Assembly (NCBI GenBank): GCA_963826785.1
Contig: CAWGYD010000005.1
Span: 192,001-256,000 of the forward strand
DNA from: an uncultured delta proteobacterium
Lineage (GTDB): Bacteria; Desulfobacterota; Desulfobacteria; Desulfobacterales; Desulfosalsimonadaceae
Reading direction: 5' to 3'
DNA length: 64,000 bases
Shown here: in pieces, positions 1-10,269 of the stretch
Position numbering within the stretch: the stretch's first letter is position 1
How the letters are laid out: each line of letters begins with the position of its first letter
Notes under the pieces: model-generated
Databases searched by the model: none
The model's input: only the letters and a program-made list of their open reading frames with translations
Told to the model about the DNA's origin: nothing
Program-made: the position numbers and the translations under genes

Positions 1-2042
1 AAGTTCCTCGGCAAGGTGATCCGGCTCACCGCCGGGCATCAGGCAAAAATCGAGGAAAAACCGGAAGTCCGCAAAGCAGGCGGGGTTTATTATACGCCGG
101 GATACATCGTGGATTATATCGTCAAAAACACGGTGGGAAAGCTGGTGGAAGGCAAAAAGCCCGGCCCCAGGGGCGGCGTGAGCCATCTGAAGATACTCGA
201 TCCGGCTTGCGGTTCGGGTTCGTTTCTGATCGGCGCATATCAGTTTTTACTGGACTGGCACCTGGATGAATATATCAATGACGGCCCGGAAAAATGGTCA
301 AAAGGCAAAACTCCCCGCGTCTACCAGTCCCACAAAGGGGAATGGCGGCTTGACGACCGACGAACGCAAACGGATTCTGTTGAACAACATTTACGGCGTG
401 GACATCGATCATCAGGCAGTGGAAGTGACCAAGCTTTCCTTGCTGCTCAAGGTGCTGGAAGGCGAGGACGAACAGAGCATTGGCAAGCAGATGCTGTTGT
501 TTCAGGAGCGGGTCCTGCCGGACCTGTCGAATAACATCAAATGCGGAAATTCTCTGATCGGGCCGGATTTCTATGATGATCAGCAGATGAACATATTTGA
601 TGAAGAAGAAATTTATCGCGTCAATGCATTTGATTGGAATGCCGAATTCCCTGAGATAATGAAGGACGGCGGGTTTGATGCGTGATCGGAAATCCGCCAT
701 ATGTCAGGCAGGAAAGTATTAAGGCGAGCAAAGAATATCTTTCAAGTCACTATGATTCTGCATCAGGTACTGCGGATCTCTATGTCTACTTTCTCGAAAA
801 AGCAGTCCGACTATTGCGTGAAGATGGTTACGCTTCATACATTGTTTCAAGTAGTTTCCTCAAAACTTCTTTTGCTAAACCTTTACGCGAAACGCTCAAA
901 CGCCATGCAAGCATTATTGAATTGACAGATTTTGGGGGCTTGCCTGTTTTCGAGAACGCTAAAGATACTTACGTTTGCATTCCAGTCTTTCGGAATTCAC
1001 ACCAACCCAATACGATCACAATCCGGAAGGTCAGCACACTAGAGCCCACAAAACGATCCAAACAGATGACATCATCTGGCTTTCATATCTCCCATTCACG
1101 TTTTAGTCAGGATGAATACGCTCTTAGAAGTGATGAGGAAGAAAATCTCTACCGCAAGAGCTAGTGGAGAATAATACGGCACTGGAGAAAGTTGTCTCAG
1201 GGCTCTACTATGGAATAAAAACCGGATACAATAATGCTTTTGTTCTTCCATCGCCAAAAGCGGTAGAATTGAGAGATTCGAAAGATAAAACTACCTCCTC
1301 TTTTTTGCATCCATCTTATGGGGGACAAGATATTCGTCGATATCATTTGCGCCCGTTGAAAACTTATTTAATTTGTATTCCATCCGGTTGGACATACAAG
1401 ACTTATGGTTTGGTGGAAGAATTGGAAGCATGGCAACTTTTCAAGAAAGATAATCCGGCACTCGCCACACATTTTATGAGTCACCGTGATGCTTTGATTA
1501 GGCGGACGGATAAGGGCGATTTTTGGTGGGAACTACGTCCTTGCGATTATTATGGCGTTCTATATGCCGAAAAGATAATTTTCCCTGATATATGTAAAAG
1601 TTCAAGGTTTTACCTGGATAAATCAGGAAGCTATGTTCTGAATACTGCCTATGCAATAGCTTCAGCGGATCGTTTTCTTCTCGGCATTCTCAACAGCCAA
1701 TTATTTTGGTGGCTCATTTCCCAAATCAGCATTCCATTTGGTGTCAGAGCTGGAGAATTTCGTTATCGACTTATATATCAATACATGAAGCAGGTGCCCA
1801 TCCGCGTAATCAACTTTGACAACCACGCCGATGTGGCCATGCACGACCAGATCGTCAATTTTGTTAATCAGATGCTTGAGTTAAACAAAAGGCTGGCCGA
1901 ATCCAAAATGCCCCAGGCAACAGAGATGTTGAAGCGGCAAATCCAAAGCACAGATAAACAAATTGATGACATTGTATATAAACTTTATGATTTAACAGAT
2001 GAAGAAGTAAAAATTGTAGAATCAGGAAATAAAAATGCATAA
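1..2042 (+). CDS. Type IIG (Eco57I-like) restriction-modification N6-adenine methyltransferase/TRD protein, 5'-truncated by the window edge; split by about 3 frameshifts (~350, ~683, ~1160)
   Basis: ORFs 16..534, 266..685, 682..1164 and 1164..2042 join into one protein with GVYYTP, motif I ILDPACGSGSFL, YGVDID, motif IV IGNPPY and a TaqI_C-like C-terminus ending in the typical 'DKQIDDIVYKLYDLT' helix. Confidence 0.85.
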
Positions 2043-2094
2043 CAGAAAAATTCAGCGGACCAAAAGGCCGCGCCGCTGATTAAAACCGTTAGCA
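2037..2094 (+). other. attC recombination site 1 (58 nt)
   Basis: Inverse core GCATAAC overlaps the RM stop codon; inner arms TCAGCGG...CCGCTGA; core GTTAGCA. Confidence 0.8.
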
Positions 2095-2105
2095 ATTGAG
2101 GCATT

Positions 2106-2438
2106 ATGAGAAGTGACATACCAGAAAAAGATTGGAAAAAGCTCAGATCATTGAAGGATTCTACGCTTAATATAGCATGTGATAGAATATTAGAAAAAAT
2201 CAAAAATCTTGCAGAATCTCGTGGATCTGAAAACCATAAATACTACTTGAAACTTTGGAAGCTTCTTAGAGATGAAGATAAAGAGATATCATTAATGTTT
2301 GATGATCTAAAACGAAGTACAGGTATTTTTAAACTCGCGATGTGGAAAAAGAATGGGCTTCTATCGCAAGAGTCCTTTGATGAATTATCTAAGGAAACTC
2401 AGGAAAATATTGATTTAATATTAGATTTAAATCGCTAA
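2106..2438 (+). CDS. Hypothetical protein (gene cassette)
   Basis: 110 aa AT-rich ORF with RBS GAGG, bounded by attC1 and attC2. Confidence 0.75.
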   Translation: MRSDIPEKDWKKLRSLKDSTLNIACDRILEKIKNLAESRGSENHKYYLKLWKLLRDEDKEISLMFDDLKRSTGIFKLAMWKKNGLLSQESFDELSKETQENIDLILDLNR

Positions 2439-2558
2439 CATCCTAGTACAGTCGACAGCCGGGGCCTGGGCGTTTTTCTAAGTATGTACTACACCAGAAA
2501 TCATTATCTTGTTAAAAAGCTGTGGAAGCCCCGGCTGCCACTGACCGCAGCGTTGGGT
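2433..2558 (+). other. attC site 2 (126 nt)
   Basis: CGCTAAC overlaps the stop codon and is complementary to the preceding GTTAGC; arms CAGTCGACAGCCGGGGC...GCCCCGGCTGCCACTG; core GTTGGGT. Confidence 0.8.
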
Positions 2559-2583
2559 CTCAGGCATTACACCGCAGTTTTCG

Positions 2584-2612
2584 TTGACAACATGTAGCCC
2601 TGTGGATACAAT
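2584..2612 (+). promoter_or_regulatory. Sigma-70 promoter of the TA cassette with overlapping palindromic operator; probably leaderless mRNA
   Basis: TTGACA-17 nt-TACAAT; imperfect palindrome TGTAGCC...GGATACA overlaps it; ATG lies 6 nt after the -10 box. Confidence 0.7.
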
Positions 2613-2618
2613 TAGGCC

Positions 2619-2909
2619 ATGATTGAAATTCGCAAAACTGAAGTTTTCGCTAAATGGATTGATGAGTTGCGTGATATCAGCGCTCGTGCTCGAATCCAAG
2701 TCCGGATCGAGCGATTGGCTGCTGGAAATCCGGGAGATGTTAAGCCGGTAGGTGAAGGAGTTTCAGAGTTGCGGATTGCTTATGGACCCGGATATCGGGT
2801 GTATTACAAAAAACACGGCCAGAAGGTGGTAATTTTATTGGCAGGTGGAGACAAAAACACCCAGGCCAAAGATATAAAAACCGCCTTGCGTCTGGCACAG
2901 AATTTATAG
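2619..2909 (+). CDS. higB: Type II TA toxin, RelE/HigB family (addiction module killer protein)
   Basis: 96 aa; GNPGDVKPVGEGVSELRIAYGPGYRVYY...LLAGGDK signature. Confidence 0.9.
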   Translation: MIEIRKTEVFAKWIDELRDISARARIQVRIERLAAGNPGDVKPVGEGVSELRIAYGPGYRVYYKKHGQKVVILLAGGDKNTQAKDIKTALRLAQNL

Positions 2910-2918
2910 GAGTGTATT

Positions 2919-3257
2919 ATGGCTAAAACAGTAACTACCCGATACGATGTCGCTGAACATCTTCGAACACCAGAGGAAATGGCTGCTTATCTTGAAGCTT
3001 GCATTGAGGAGGCGAATGGTGATGCGGCCTTTATCGCAAAAGCGCTTGGTGATATCGCCCGAGCCAAGGGGATGTCACGGGTTGCGCGTGATGCAGGTCT
3101 ATCACGCGAAAGTCTCTACAAAGCTCTCTCTGGGGAGCGGACCCCAGGTTTCGACACAATCCTTAAGGTTATAAGTGCCCTTGGTTTAAAATTGCACGCA
3201 GAAGCAGCTACCGTAGATAGCAAGACCCAACACGAGGTTGAACCAGACCGCGTGTAG
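2919..3257 (+). CDS. higA: Addiction module antidote protein (HTH antitoxin)
   Basis: YDVAEHL...ALGDIARAKGMSRVARDAGLSRESLYKALS signature, directly after the toxin. Confidence 0.88.
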   Translation: MAKTVTTRYDVAEHLRTPEEMAAYLEACIEEANGDAAFIAKALGDIARAKGMSRVARDAGLSRESLYKALSGERTPGFDTILKVISALGLKLHAEAATVDSKTQHEVEPDRV

Positions 3258-3312
3258 CGTTGCGGTTTTCCTTGAATAATCCCGGCGCGGCTGGTTAACC
3301 TGGGCGTTCGTG
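3225..3312 (+). other. attC site 3 (88 nt)
   Basis: ACCCAAC is the exact complement of the preceding core GTTGGGT; arms GGTTGAACCAGACCGCG...CGCGGCTGGTTAACC; core GTTCGTG. Confidence 0.8.
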
Positions 3313-3331
3313 AAGAAAAAGAGTTATCTTT

Positions 3332-3769
3332 ATGAAAAGATCAAAAACGTTTACTCCACATCTTTTGTTTACTATCACAATGCTTTTAATTTTTGCAGGT
3401 TTACTAACTTATCTGTTGTATTCTTGGAGAATTGAAGGTGGCATATTATATGTAGTGTTTTCGATTTTCCCGTTAATTGGTGTGGTGGCGTTTGCTCGCC
3501 CGTTGTTATTTTTTCCTCATGTGACGATAGATAATCACAAAAGAATTACAATTCGCTATTGGGTTGGTAGCGGATTCACTGAAAATGTTTCGAATGCATT
3601 ATATGAAATAGTAGTAAAAAATGACGAAATAAGGAGCTACAGATTCAGAATTAAAAATAAACATTTTCAAGTTTCTCCATCAACTTATATTCAAGGTGAT
3701 GAGCTATCGGAGATTTTGAAATCGTTAATTAAAAAGGAAAAATTGATCCTGAGTGTTATATCCATATAA
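3332..3769 (+). CDS. Hypothetical membrane protein (gene cassette)
   Basis: 145 aa with two N-terminal hydrophobic segments, very AT-rich, followed by inverse-core-like CACTAAC at 3786-3792. Confidence 0.7.
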   Translation: MKRSKTFTPHLLFTITMLLIFAGLLTYLLYSWRIEGGILYVVFSIFPLIGVVAFARPLLFFPHVTIDNHKRITIRYWVGSGFTENVSNALYEIVVKNDEIRSYRFRIKNKHFQVSPSTYIQGDELSEILKSLIKKEKLILSVISI

Positions 3770-3792
3770 TCAGCAACAATTTCATCACTAAC

Positions 3793-5588
3793 AATCGATG
3801 GCTATATATTTAGTATGGTATCAAGAATTTTAAAAAAATTGTCACTTATTCGATTTTTTCACTTGATTTTTATCTTGTACTAATTGTATAATATCTTGAA
3901 TTTTTGATTTAAAATCTTATAATCCGGAATCCGGTAAAACGCTTCCAATCAAAAATCTTCAGGAAAAAATATGCGAAGAGTTATCGACCCCCAAATGAAA
4001 ATCGGTGAAAAAGCAATCGCCAGCATCAAATTTGATCTCCGCTGCCGGGACGAAATCCCCAAACTGCTTCGCGGGTTGCAGGCCATATACTGCAACCGGG
4101 AACTGCGCGAAAAGGTCTTCGCCGTTCTCGCTGAGATCATCCGGATCATATCGATCCCAACAATGGCCGCAAGGGCATGGATCTGTGGAAAATATTCGTC
4201 CTGGGCACCCTGCGGCTCAACTGCGACTGGGATCATGATAAACTCCATGACATCGCCAATAATCACAAAACACTCCGGCAGATGCTCGGCGATGGCACAA
4301 TGGATGCCGATTATCAGTATTCACTGCAAACCCTCAAGGAGAATATCTCCTTGTTTACACCGGAGGTGTTGGACAAAATCAATCAGCTCGTTGTCCAGTA
4401 CGGTCATCAGTTGGCCGGTAAAAAAAAAGATCAAAAATTGACCGGAAGCTGTGATTCTTTCGTCGTTGAAACCGATGTTCATTATCCAACTGATATTAAT
4501 CTACTTTTTGATGCCATGCGAAAAATGATCACGCTGATCATGCGTATCTGCGAACATATGAAGATTACTGATTAGCGCCAGGGCGAACACCATATTCGTA
4601 AAGCAAAAAAATTGTATCGAAAAGCCCAACGGTTAAAACACTCTCATCAAAAGATAAGACCAAAAAAGCCGAAAGGGCTTGAGTGATCTTGATGCTCACA
4701 ATGAGTACATCAATCTGGCTCGCTTTTATGTTGATAAAATTAGGCAATCGTTCACTTTATTGCTGACATCCAATATCCTCACCCAAATGAAAATAGCTGA
4801 AGTAAAAGATTATATGGTTCATGCCGAAAGGCAGATCGATCAGATCTGCAGAAGAGTTGTTCAAGGCGAAACGATCCCCCATCACGAAAAGGTGTTCTCA
4901 CTCTTTGAGCAACACACCGAATGGATCAGCAAAGGCAAAGCCGGTGTTCCGGTGGAACTCGGTTTAAAGGTTTGCATTGTCAAAGATGAATACAATTTCA
5001 TTTTGCATCATCATGTGATGCAAAATGAAAAAGACGACAAAATGATCGTTTCCATTATCAAAGAAACGCAGCGCAGATTTGCCGATTTTAAAAATTGCAG
5101 TTTCGACAAAGGTTTTCATAGCCAAACAATCAGAAAGAATTGGCGATTATTTTAGAGAGAGCAGTGCTTCCCAAAAAGGGGAGGCTTTCGGCTATTAATA
5201 AAGAAATCGAGAACTCCGAAGAATTTAAAAAAGCGAAAAGAAAGCATTCGGCAGTTGAATCCTCGATCAATGCACTGGGCAATCACGGACTGGACAGGTG
5301 CCGGGACCATGGCATTGAAGGTTTCAAACGCTATGTCGCCTTGGCCGTTGTAGCACGCAATATTCAGCTCATCGGTCATATGTTACAACAAAAAGAAGTC
5401 ACTCGGTTGCGCCGCCAGGAAAAGAGAGAACGAAAAGCAGCTTAAACAAGCGATATTTGAGGCACCGGCAGGATACCTGCGTTCAAAAATAAGAAAATGG
5501 GCCGAAAATCATAGCTTTTTGCGATATTGAAAATAGTTTTGACCAATGCCGCTTGGATCTCATGCTGAATTTCCCTAGCCGGCACAAA
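3793..5588 (+). mobile_element. IS element (ISNCY/IS5-like DDE transposase), disrupted; inserted at an attC site; ends approximate
   Basis: Transposase fragments 3971..5445 contain CDSFVVETDVHYPTD, KVFSLFEQHTEWISKGK, SFDKGF and HSAVESSINAL; several frameshifts and an in-frame TAG at 4573-4575. Confidence 0.75.
3971..5445 (+). pseudogene. Transposase, frameshifted
   Basis: Consecutive fragments 3971.., 4177..4575, 4679..5155 and 5140..5445 lie in different frames. Confidence 0.75.
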
Positions 5589-5689
5589 AATCCGGCGAAA
5601 TTTTCTGCGGAAAAATTTAAAGGTTGTCGTTCGGCTTTTTGGGCAGCTTAGCGCCGCGTTCGTTATATTTCAATAGAGGAGCAAAGAGA

Positions 5690-6118
5690 ATGACAGAACG
5701 TTACCTGGAAGTTTCGCAGGAAGCAGGGGCGGCGTTATTCGCTCGGAATATCGAAGGCCCGGTTATAATGCTGAATCTGCTTCGTTTTCGCGATGTAGCT
5801 GACTATTCCGATAATCCGGAGTTGATGCCTTCCGAGCCTATATCCGGAGCAGAGGCGTTTCAAAAATACATAGATCACACATTGCCAATTCTCAGGAAAA
5901 GTGGTGGTGATCTTGTATTTTTAGGGAAAGGCGGCAAATACCTGATTGGACCCCCGAAGGAGCAGTGGGACCTCGTAATGCTTGTTCGCCAAAACTCGCT
6001 GGCTGATTTTATGAACTTTTCATCGAACCAAGAGTACCTGACCGGTTTGGGCCATCGGACTGCCGCTTTAGAAGATTCACGATTATTGCCAATTATTGAA
6101 TCAAAATCAGCAGCATAA
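5690..6118 (+). CDS. DUF1330-like protein (gene cassette)
   Basis: VIMLNLLRFR...SGAEAFQKY...WDLVMLVR...HRTAALEDSRLL; RBS GAGGAG before ATG 5690; preceded by an attC-like right end (GCTTAGCGCCGCGTTCGTTATAT, 5646-5668) and ends in GCATAAC. Confidence 0.8.
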   Translation: MTERYLEVSQEAGAALFARNIEGPVIMLNLLRFRDVADYSDNPELMPSEPISGAEAFQKYIDHTLPILRKSGGDLVFLGKGGKYLIGPPKEQWDLVMLVRQNSLADFMNFSSNQEYLTGLGHRTAALEDSRLLPIIESKSAA

Positions 6119-6182
6119 CCATTGTGCTGAAGCTGCGGGCACCCCTTTTGCCCGATTGGATGACTCCGCAACAGGATTGTCC

Positions 6183-6241
6183 GGCGAACCTGTCGGTTCA
6201 GCCGGCCTCGTCACCTTGGCCGGCTGAACTTTTCGTCGGGC
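6183..6241 (+). other. attC-like site (59 nt), degenerate core
   Basis: GGCGAAC ... GTTCAGCCGGCC-loop-GGCCGGCTGAAC ... GTCGGGC (GTC instead of GTT). Confidence 0.6.
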
Positions 6242-6287
6242 TGCCTGTCCTCCGGTCATGAGGCCGGCGGAACATCAAGCAGGCCCA

Positions 6288-8165
6288 TCAGTAGCTTCCC
6301 AGCACCTTCAGGTAATCCGTTTTCTCCCGCAGGGCGTTTAACACCGGCGCAAGGGCATCCGAGTCCACATCCCCCTCCAGGTCGATGTAGAACATGTACT
6401 CCCAGGGTTTGCCGTGGATGGGCCGGGATTCGAGTTTGACCAGGTTGACCCCGTTGTCCGCAAAAATTTTAAGGGTGGCGAACAGTGACCCCGGCTTGTT
6501 GCCGGTGGAATAGATCAGGGAGGATTTGCGCTTCCCCCCGTTCTTGATCGATTGGGCGCCGATGACAACGAAGCGGGTGTAGTTCCTGGGGTTGGTCTCG
6601 ATTCCTTCTTTGATGATTTCCATGCCATAGGTGTCGGCCGCCTCTTTTCCGGCCAGGGCCGCATCGGTTCTACTTTCGCTTGCCTTGATCTGCTTGACCG
6701 CCCGGGCCGTGTCCGTGACCGAGATCAACTCCCATCCGGGATGGGTCTCCAGGTACTGCCGGCATTGCTGAAACACCTGGGGATGGGAAAAGACGCGCTT
6801 GATCTGTTCGGGTTTGGTGCCCGGGTGGCCGATCAGGTTGTGCTTGATGCGCAGCATGATCTCGCCGATGATCCGAAGATCGTATTCCAGCAGCAGGTCG
6901 TAGTTTTCATGGATGCTTCCGGCCAGTGAATTTTCCAGCGGCACCACCCCGAAATCGGCTTTTCCGGCCCGGACCGCCTCAAAAATGGACTTGAAGGAAT
7001 CCACCGGCAGGGGATCGACCTGTTCGCCGAAAAACTGGGTGCAGGCCTTGTGGCTGTAGCTGCCGATTTCCCCCAGAAATGCCGCCCGACGCGTGCCGCC
7101 CGCTCCTTCCTTTTTGAGGTTTTTCACTGCCCGGGCCTTGTCCAGGTACCCGAAATCGAGCTGCTTGTCCACCACCGGCGCGATCACGTAGATGTCGCGC
7201 ATCAGCTGACCGAACTGTTCCGGGTACAGGCTCTGGGCCCCGTCGGACATGGCATGGTCCGGATCGTTGTGCACCTCGATCATCAGGCCGTCGGCGCCGG
7301 CGGCCACGGCGGCCCGGGCCATGGGGCTGACCTTTTCCCGGCTGCCGGTGGCATGGCTGGGGTCGATGATCACCGGCAGGTGGGTGAGCTTTTTGATCAC
7401 CGGGATGGCGGACAGGTCCAGCGTGTTGCGGGTGTAGGGTTCGAAGGTCCGGATCCCCCGCTCGCACAGGATGACGTTTTCGTTGCCTTCGGACAGGATG
7501 TATTCGGCGGACATGAGCCACTCCTCGATGGTGGCGGCCAGCCCCCGCTTGAGCAGGACCGGCTTGCCCAGGCGGCCCACGCACTTGAGCAGGTCGAAAT
7601 TCTGCATGTTGCGGGCCCCCACCTGCACCACGTCGATGTACTTCATGATGAGATCCGCCTGGGCCGGGGAGGTGACTTCGGTGACGATGCGCAGCCCGTA
7701 GGTATCGCGCACTTCCGCCAGGATTTTCAGGCCCTCTTCGCCCATCCCCTGGAACGAATAGGGGGAGGTGCGGGGCTTGAAGGCGCCGCCCCTGAAGAAC
7801 ACCGCCCCGAATTTCCGGACTTCGGCGGCAATGGCCAGGCACTGGGCGCGGCTTTCCACCGCGCAGGGGCCGGCCATGACCACGAGCCGCTCACCCCCCA
7901 CCAGTACGTCGCCCACCTGGATTTTCGAATCCTCGGGATGCATCTGGCGGCTGACCAGCTTGAACGCGGTATTGACCGGCACCACTTTGGCCACCCCGGA
8001 AAGCTTCTCGAAGGTGGCAGGCTCCAGGCGCGTGCCGCCGGTGGCGCCGATGATCGCCTGGCCCGCGTCGGTGATTTCACGGAAGATGCTGCCGCCTTCC
8101 CGAAGGATGCTCAGGATCTGGTTTTTCTGTTTCTGGGTGATGTCCGGTTCAAGAACGATTAACAT
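6288..8165 (-). CDS. aroF: Bifunctional DAHP synthase (type I-beta) / prephenate dehydratase with ACT domain
   Basis: [33 protein letters not shown] and DPSH motifs; C-terminal PDT domain ([28 protein letters not shown]). Confidence 0.93.
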   Translation of the reverse strand: MLIVLEPDITQKQKNQILSILREGGSIFREITDAGQAIIGATGGTRLEPATFEKLSGVAKVVPVNTAFKLVSRQMHPEDSKIQVGDVLVGGERLVVMAGPCAVESRAQCLAIAAEVRKFGAVFFRGGAFKPRTSPYSFQGMGEEGLKILAEVRDTYGLRIVTEVTSPAQADLIMKYIDVVQVGARNMQNFDLLKCVGRLGKPVLLKRGLAATIEEWLMSAEYILSEGNENVILCERGIRTFEPYTRNTLDLSAIPVIKKLTHLPVIIDPSHATGSREKVSPMARAAVAAGADGLMIEVHNDPDHAMSDGAQSLYPEQFGQLMRDIYVIAPVVDKQLDFGYLDKARAVKNLKKEGAGGTRRAAFLGEIGSYSHKACTQFFGEQVDPLPVDSFKSIFEAVRAGKADFGVVPLENSLAGSIHENYDLLLEYDLRIIGEIMLRIKHNLIGHPGTKPEQIKRVFSHPQVFQQCRQYLETHPGWELISVTDTARAVKQIKASESRTDAALAGKEAADTYGMEIIKEGIETNPRNYTRFVVIGAQSIKNGGKRKSSLIYSTGNKPGSLFATLKIFADNGVNLVKLESRPIHGKPWEYMFYIDLEGDVDSDALAPVLNALREKTDYLKVLGSY

Positions 8166-8195
8166 GGCTGCCTCTCCCGTCTGTTGAGGGTAAAA

Positions 8196-8230
8196 AATAA
8201 AAAAAGCCCCGGGAACCTTCCCGGAGCTTT
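8196..8230 (-). terminator. Second GC hairpin with U-tract in the aroF leader
   Basis: Minus strand AAAGCTCCGGGAAGGTTCCCGGGGCTTTTTTTA. Confidence 0.6.
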
Positions 8231-8234
8231 TAAA

Positions 8235-8275
8235 ATAAAAAACCCCGGGTGGACCGTTTGAAGTCCACCCGGGGT
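8235..8275 (-). terminator. Attenuator terminator
   Basis: Minus strand ACCCCGGGTGGAC-TTCAAACG-GTCCACCCGGGGT followed by TTTTTATTTT. Confidence 0.85.
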
Positions 8276-8290
8276 GTATGTCTTTTGTGC

Positions 8291-8377
8291 TTAGACCACC
8301 GGATGGACGCTTCTAAAGCTGAAAAAGAAGCGCCAGGAATTAAATTTAAAATTGTTCGTCAGGGTTGTCGGTATCAA
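8291..8377 (-). CDS. Phe-rich leader peptide (pheL-like), 28 aa: MIPTTLTNNFKFNSWRFFFSFRSVHPVV
   Basis: TTG start after GGTGA; 6 Phe and 1 Trp codons; the 3' end GTCCATCCGGTGGT can pair with the terminator 5' arm. Confidence 0.8.
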   Translation of the reverse strand: MIPTTLTNNFKFNSWRFFFSFRSVHPVV

Positions 8378-8402
8378 AATTTCACCATTTGAGTTTTCAA
8401 AA

Positions 8403-8431
8403 GAAGTAGGCGGTTGCCGGGGGCATGTCAA
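8403..8431 (-). promoter_or_regulatory. Sigma-70 promoter for leader-aroF-pheA
   Basis: Minus strand TTGACA-17 nt-TACTTC. Confidence 0.6.
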
Positions 8432-8628
8432 GTAAATTTTGACGGACTCGGCAAAAATCTGAATATTTGGCCAAGGGCGCAAAGACCGCAAAGATAAAAA
8501 TTGACCCGATACCGCAGGTGCTTGCTGAGCGGCGGCAAGTTTGCTATTGTCCCATCTTGTCGCCATATATTTGCCTGATCAAAACCAGACCGGTTCATTC
8601 ATGCGAATCGGACTAAACAAAGCGATCT

Positions 8629-10269
8629 GTGTTGATGAATCCTGTTCTATCCATCGCCTGTTTTGTTACACCCCATGGTTTCGGCCACGCCGCCCGGGCA
8701 TCGGCGGTTATGGATGCGATATTCGCCCGTTGGCCGTTTGTCCGGTTTGAAATATTCACCACGGTGCCGGAATGGTTTTTCGGGCAATCGATTTCAGCCC
8801 CCTTCCATCATCACCCAATCCAAACCGACATCGGCCTGGTGCAGACTTCCCCGCTGGCTTTTGATCTTTCCGATACCGTAGATGCCCTCGACGCATTTTT
8901 GCCGTTTGCCGACGAGATGCTCGATCGACTGTGCGAAACCCTTATTCGTCAAAATTGCTCGATGGTCCTGTGCGATATTGCCCCCATGGGGATCGCTGCG
9001 GGAAAGCGGGCCGGGATTTCCACCGTGTTGGTTCAAAATTTCACCTGGGACTGGATCTATGAAAACTACCTGGATTTGGATCAGCGGCTTTATCCCCATA
9101 TTCAATACCTGAAAAACTGGTTTTTAAAAGCCGATCACCTGATCCAGACGCATCCGGAATGCGTGACCCGAAAAGATGCCGCCTCCGTTCCGCCCATATC
9201 CCGGAAACCCGGGCAGGCGCCGTCGGAGGTCCGGAAACGGCTGTTTCTCCGACCCGGGGATAAAATGGTGCTGATCACCATGGGGGGTGTTCCGGACAGT
9301 CCCGGATTCATGGAAAAGCTTGCGCAATATGGGGAAGGGGTGCATTTCATCGTTGCCGGCGATTTTCCGGATGCACCGAAAGAAGGGCTGCAAAAGGGGA
9401 ACCTGGTCCTGCTGCCCAGGGCCTCGAACTTTTACCACCCGGACCTGGTGGCCGCTTCGGACGCGGTGGTGGGCAAGATCGGATACGGCACCCTTGCCGA
9501 AGTCTATCAAGCCGGCGTGCCCTTCGGATATGTTCCCCGTCCCGATTTCAGGGAAACGCCTTACCTGTGCCGGTTTGCCCGGATGAACCTGCCGGGGCTG
9601 GAAATTGGTGCAGATGATTATCGAAGCGGAAGATGGCTCGATCAGCTGCCGGAACTGCTGTCGCTGCCCCGGGCGCCTGCCGACCGGGTAAACGGCGCGG
9701 ACATGGCCGCGGAATACATCTGCCGCACCCTGTCCTGCGAACTCGAGATTCTGGAGATCGTGGATGACGGCGGGTGCGTCATCGGGGCGGCGCCGCGAAA
9801 ACAGGTGCACGGCAATTGCGAATGGCTGCACCGGGTCGTGCATGTGCTGGTGTTTGATGACCGCGGACGGCTCCTGCTGCAGAAACGGTCCATGTCCAAG
9901 CGCGTGGCGCCGGGGAGATGGGATACCTCCGTGGGCGGGCACGTGGACTGCGGGGAAACCGTAAAAGAGGCACTGTTCCGGGAAACGGCCGAGGAACTGG
10001 GCATCTTGCCGGACAACCCCCGGTTTATCTACCAGTACATTCATGCCAATGCATTTGAATCCGAGCTGGTGTATACTTATGTGTGCACCCATGACGGCGC
10101 AGTTTCATTCAATCCCGAGGAGATCGACGCGGTGAAATTCTGGGAAAACAGCGAAATCCAATCTGCTCTGGGCAAAGGGATTCTCAGCGACAATTTCGAG
10201 GACGAGTACCGGCGGTACCTGCAGTGGGCCGGGTCAAACGGCCACAGCGAAGGCCGCTTCGATGAATAG
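8629..10269 (+). CDS. GT-B glycosyltransferase-like protein fused to a C-terminal Nudix hydrolase (IDI-like)
   Basis: N-terminal HGFGHAAR, ITMGG and DAVVGKIGYGTLAE; C-terminal LHRVVHVLVF..LLQKRS and Nudix box GGHVDCGETVKEALFRETAEELG. Confidence 0.8.
   Translation: MLMNPVLSIACFVTPHGFGHAARASAVMDAIFARWPFVRFEIFTTVPEWFFGQSISAPFHHHPIQTDIGLVQTSPLAFDLSDTVDALDAFLPFADEMLDRLCETLIRQNCSMVLCDIAPMGIAAGKRAGISTVLVQNFTWDWIYENYLDLDQRLYPHIQYLKNWFLKADHLIQTHPECVTRKDAASVPPISRKPGQAPSEVRKRLFLRPGDKMVLITMGGVPDSPGFMEKLAQYGEGVHFIVAGDFPDAPKEGLQKGNLVLLPRASNFYHPDLVAASDAVVGKIGYGTLAEVYQAGVPFGYVPRPDFRETPYLCRFARMNLPGLEIGADDYRSGRWLDQLPELLSLPRAPADRVNGADMAAEYICRTLSCELEILEIVDDGGCVIGAAPRKQVHGNCEWLHRVVHVLVFDDRGRLLLQKRSMSKRVAPGRWDTSVGGHVDCGETVKEALFRETAEELGILPDNPRFIYQYIHANAFESELVYTYVCTHDGAVSFNPEEIDAVKFWENSEIQSALGKGILSDNFEDEYRRYLQWAGSNGHSEGRFDE

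Noticed and set aside
8291..8566. 91-aa ORF upstream of aroF
   Set aside because: It spans the predicted promoter; only the last 28 codons are plausible, as the leader peptide.
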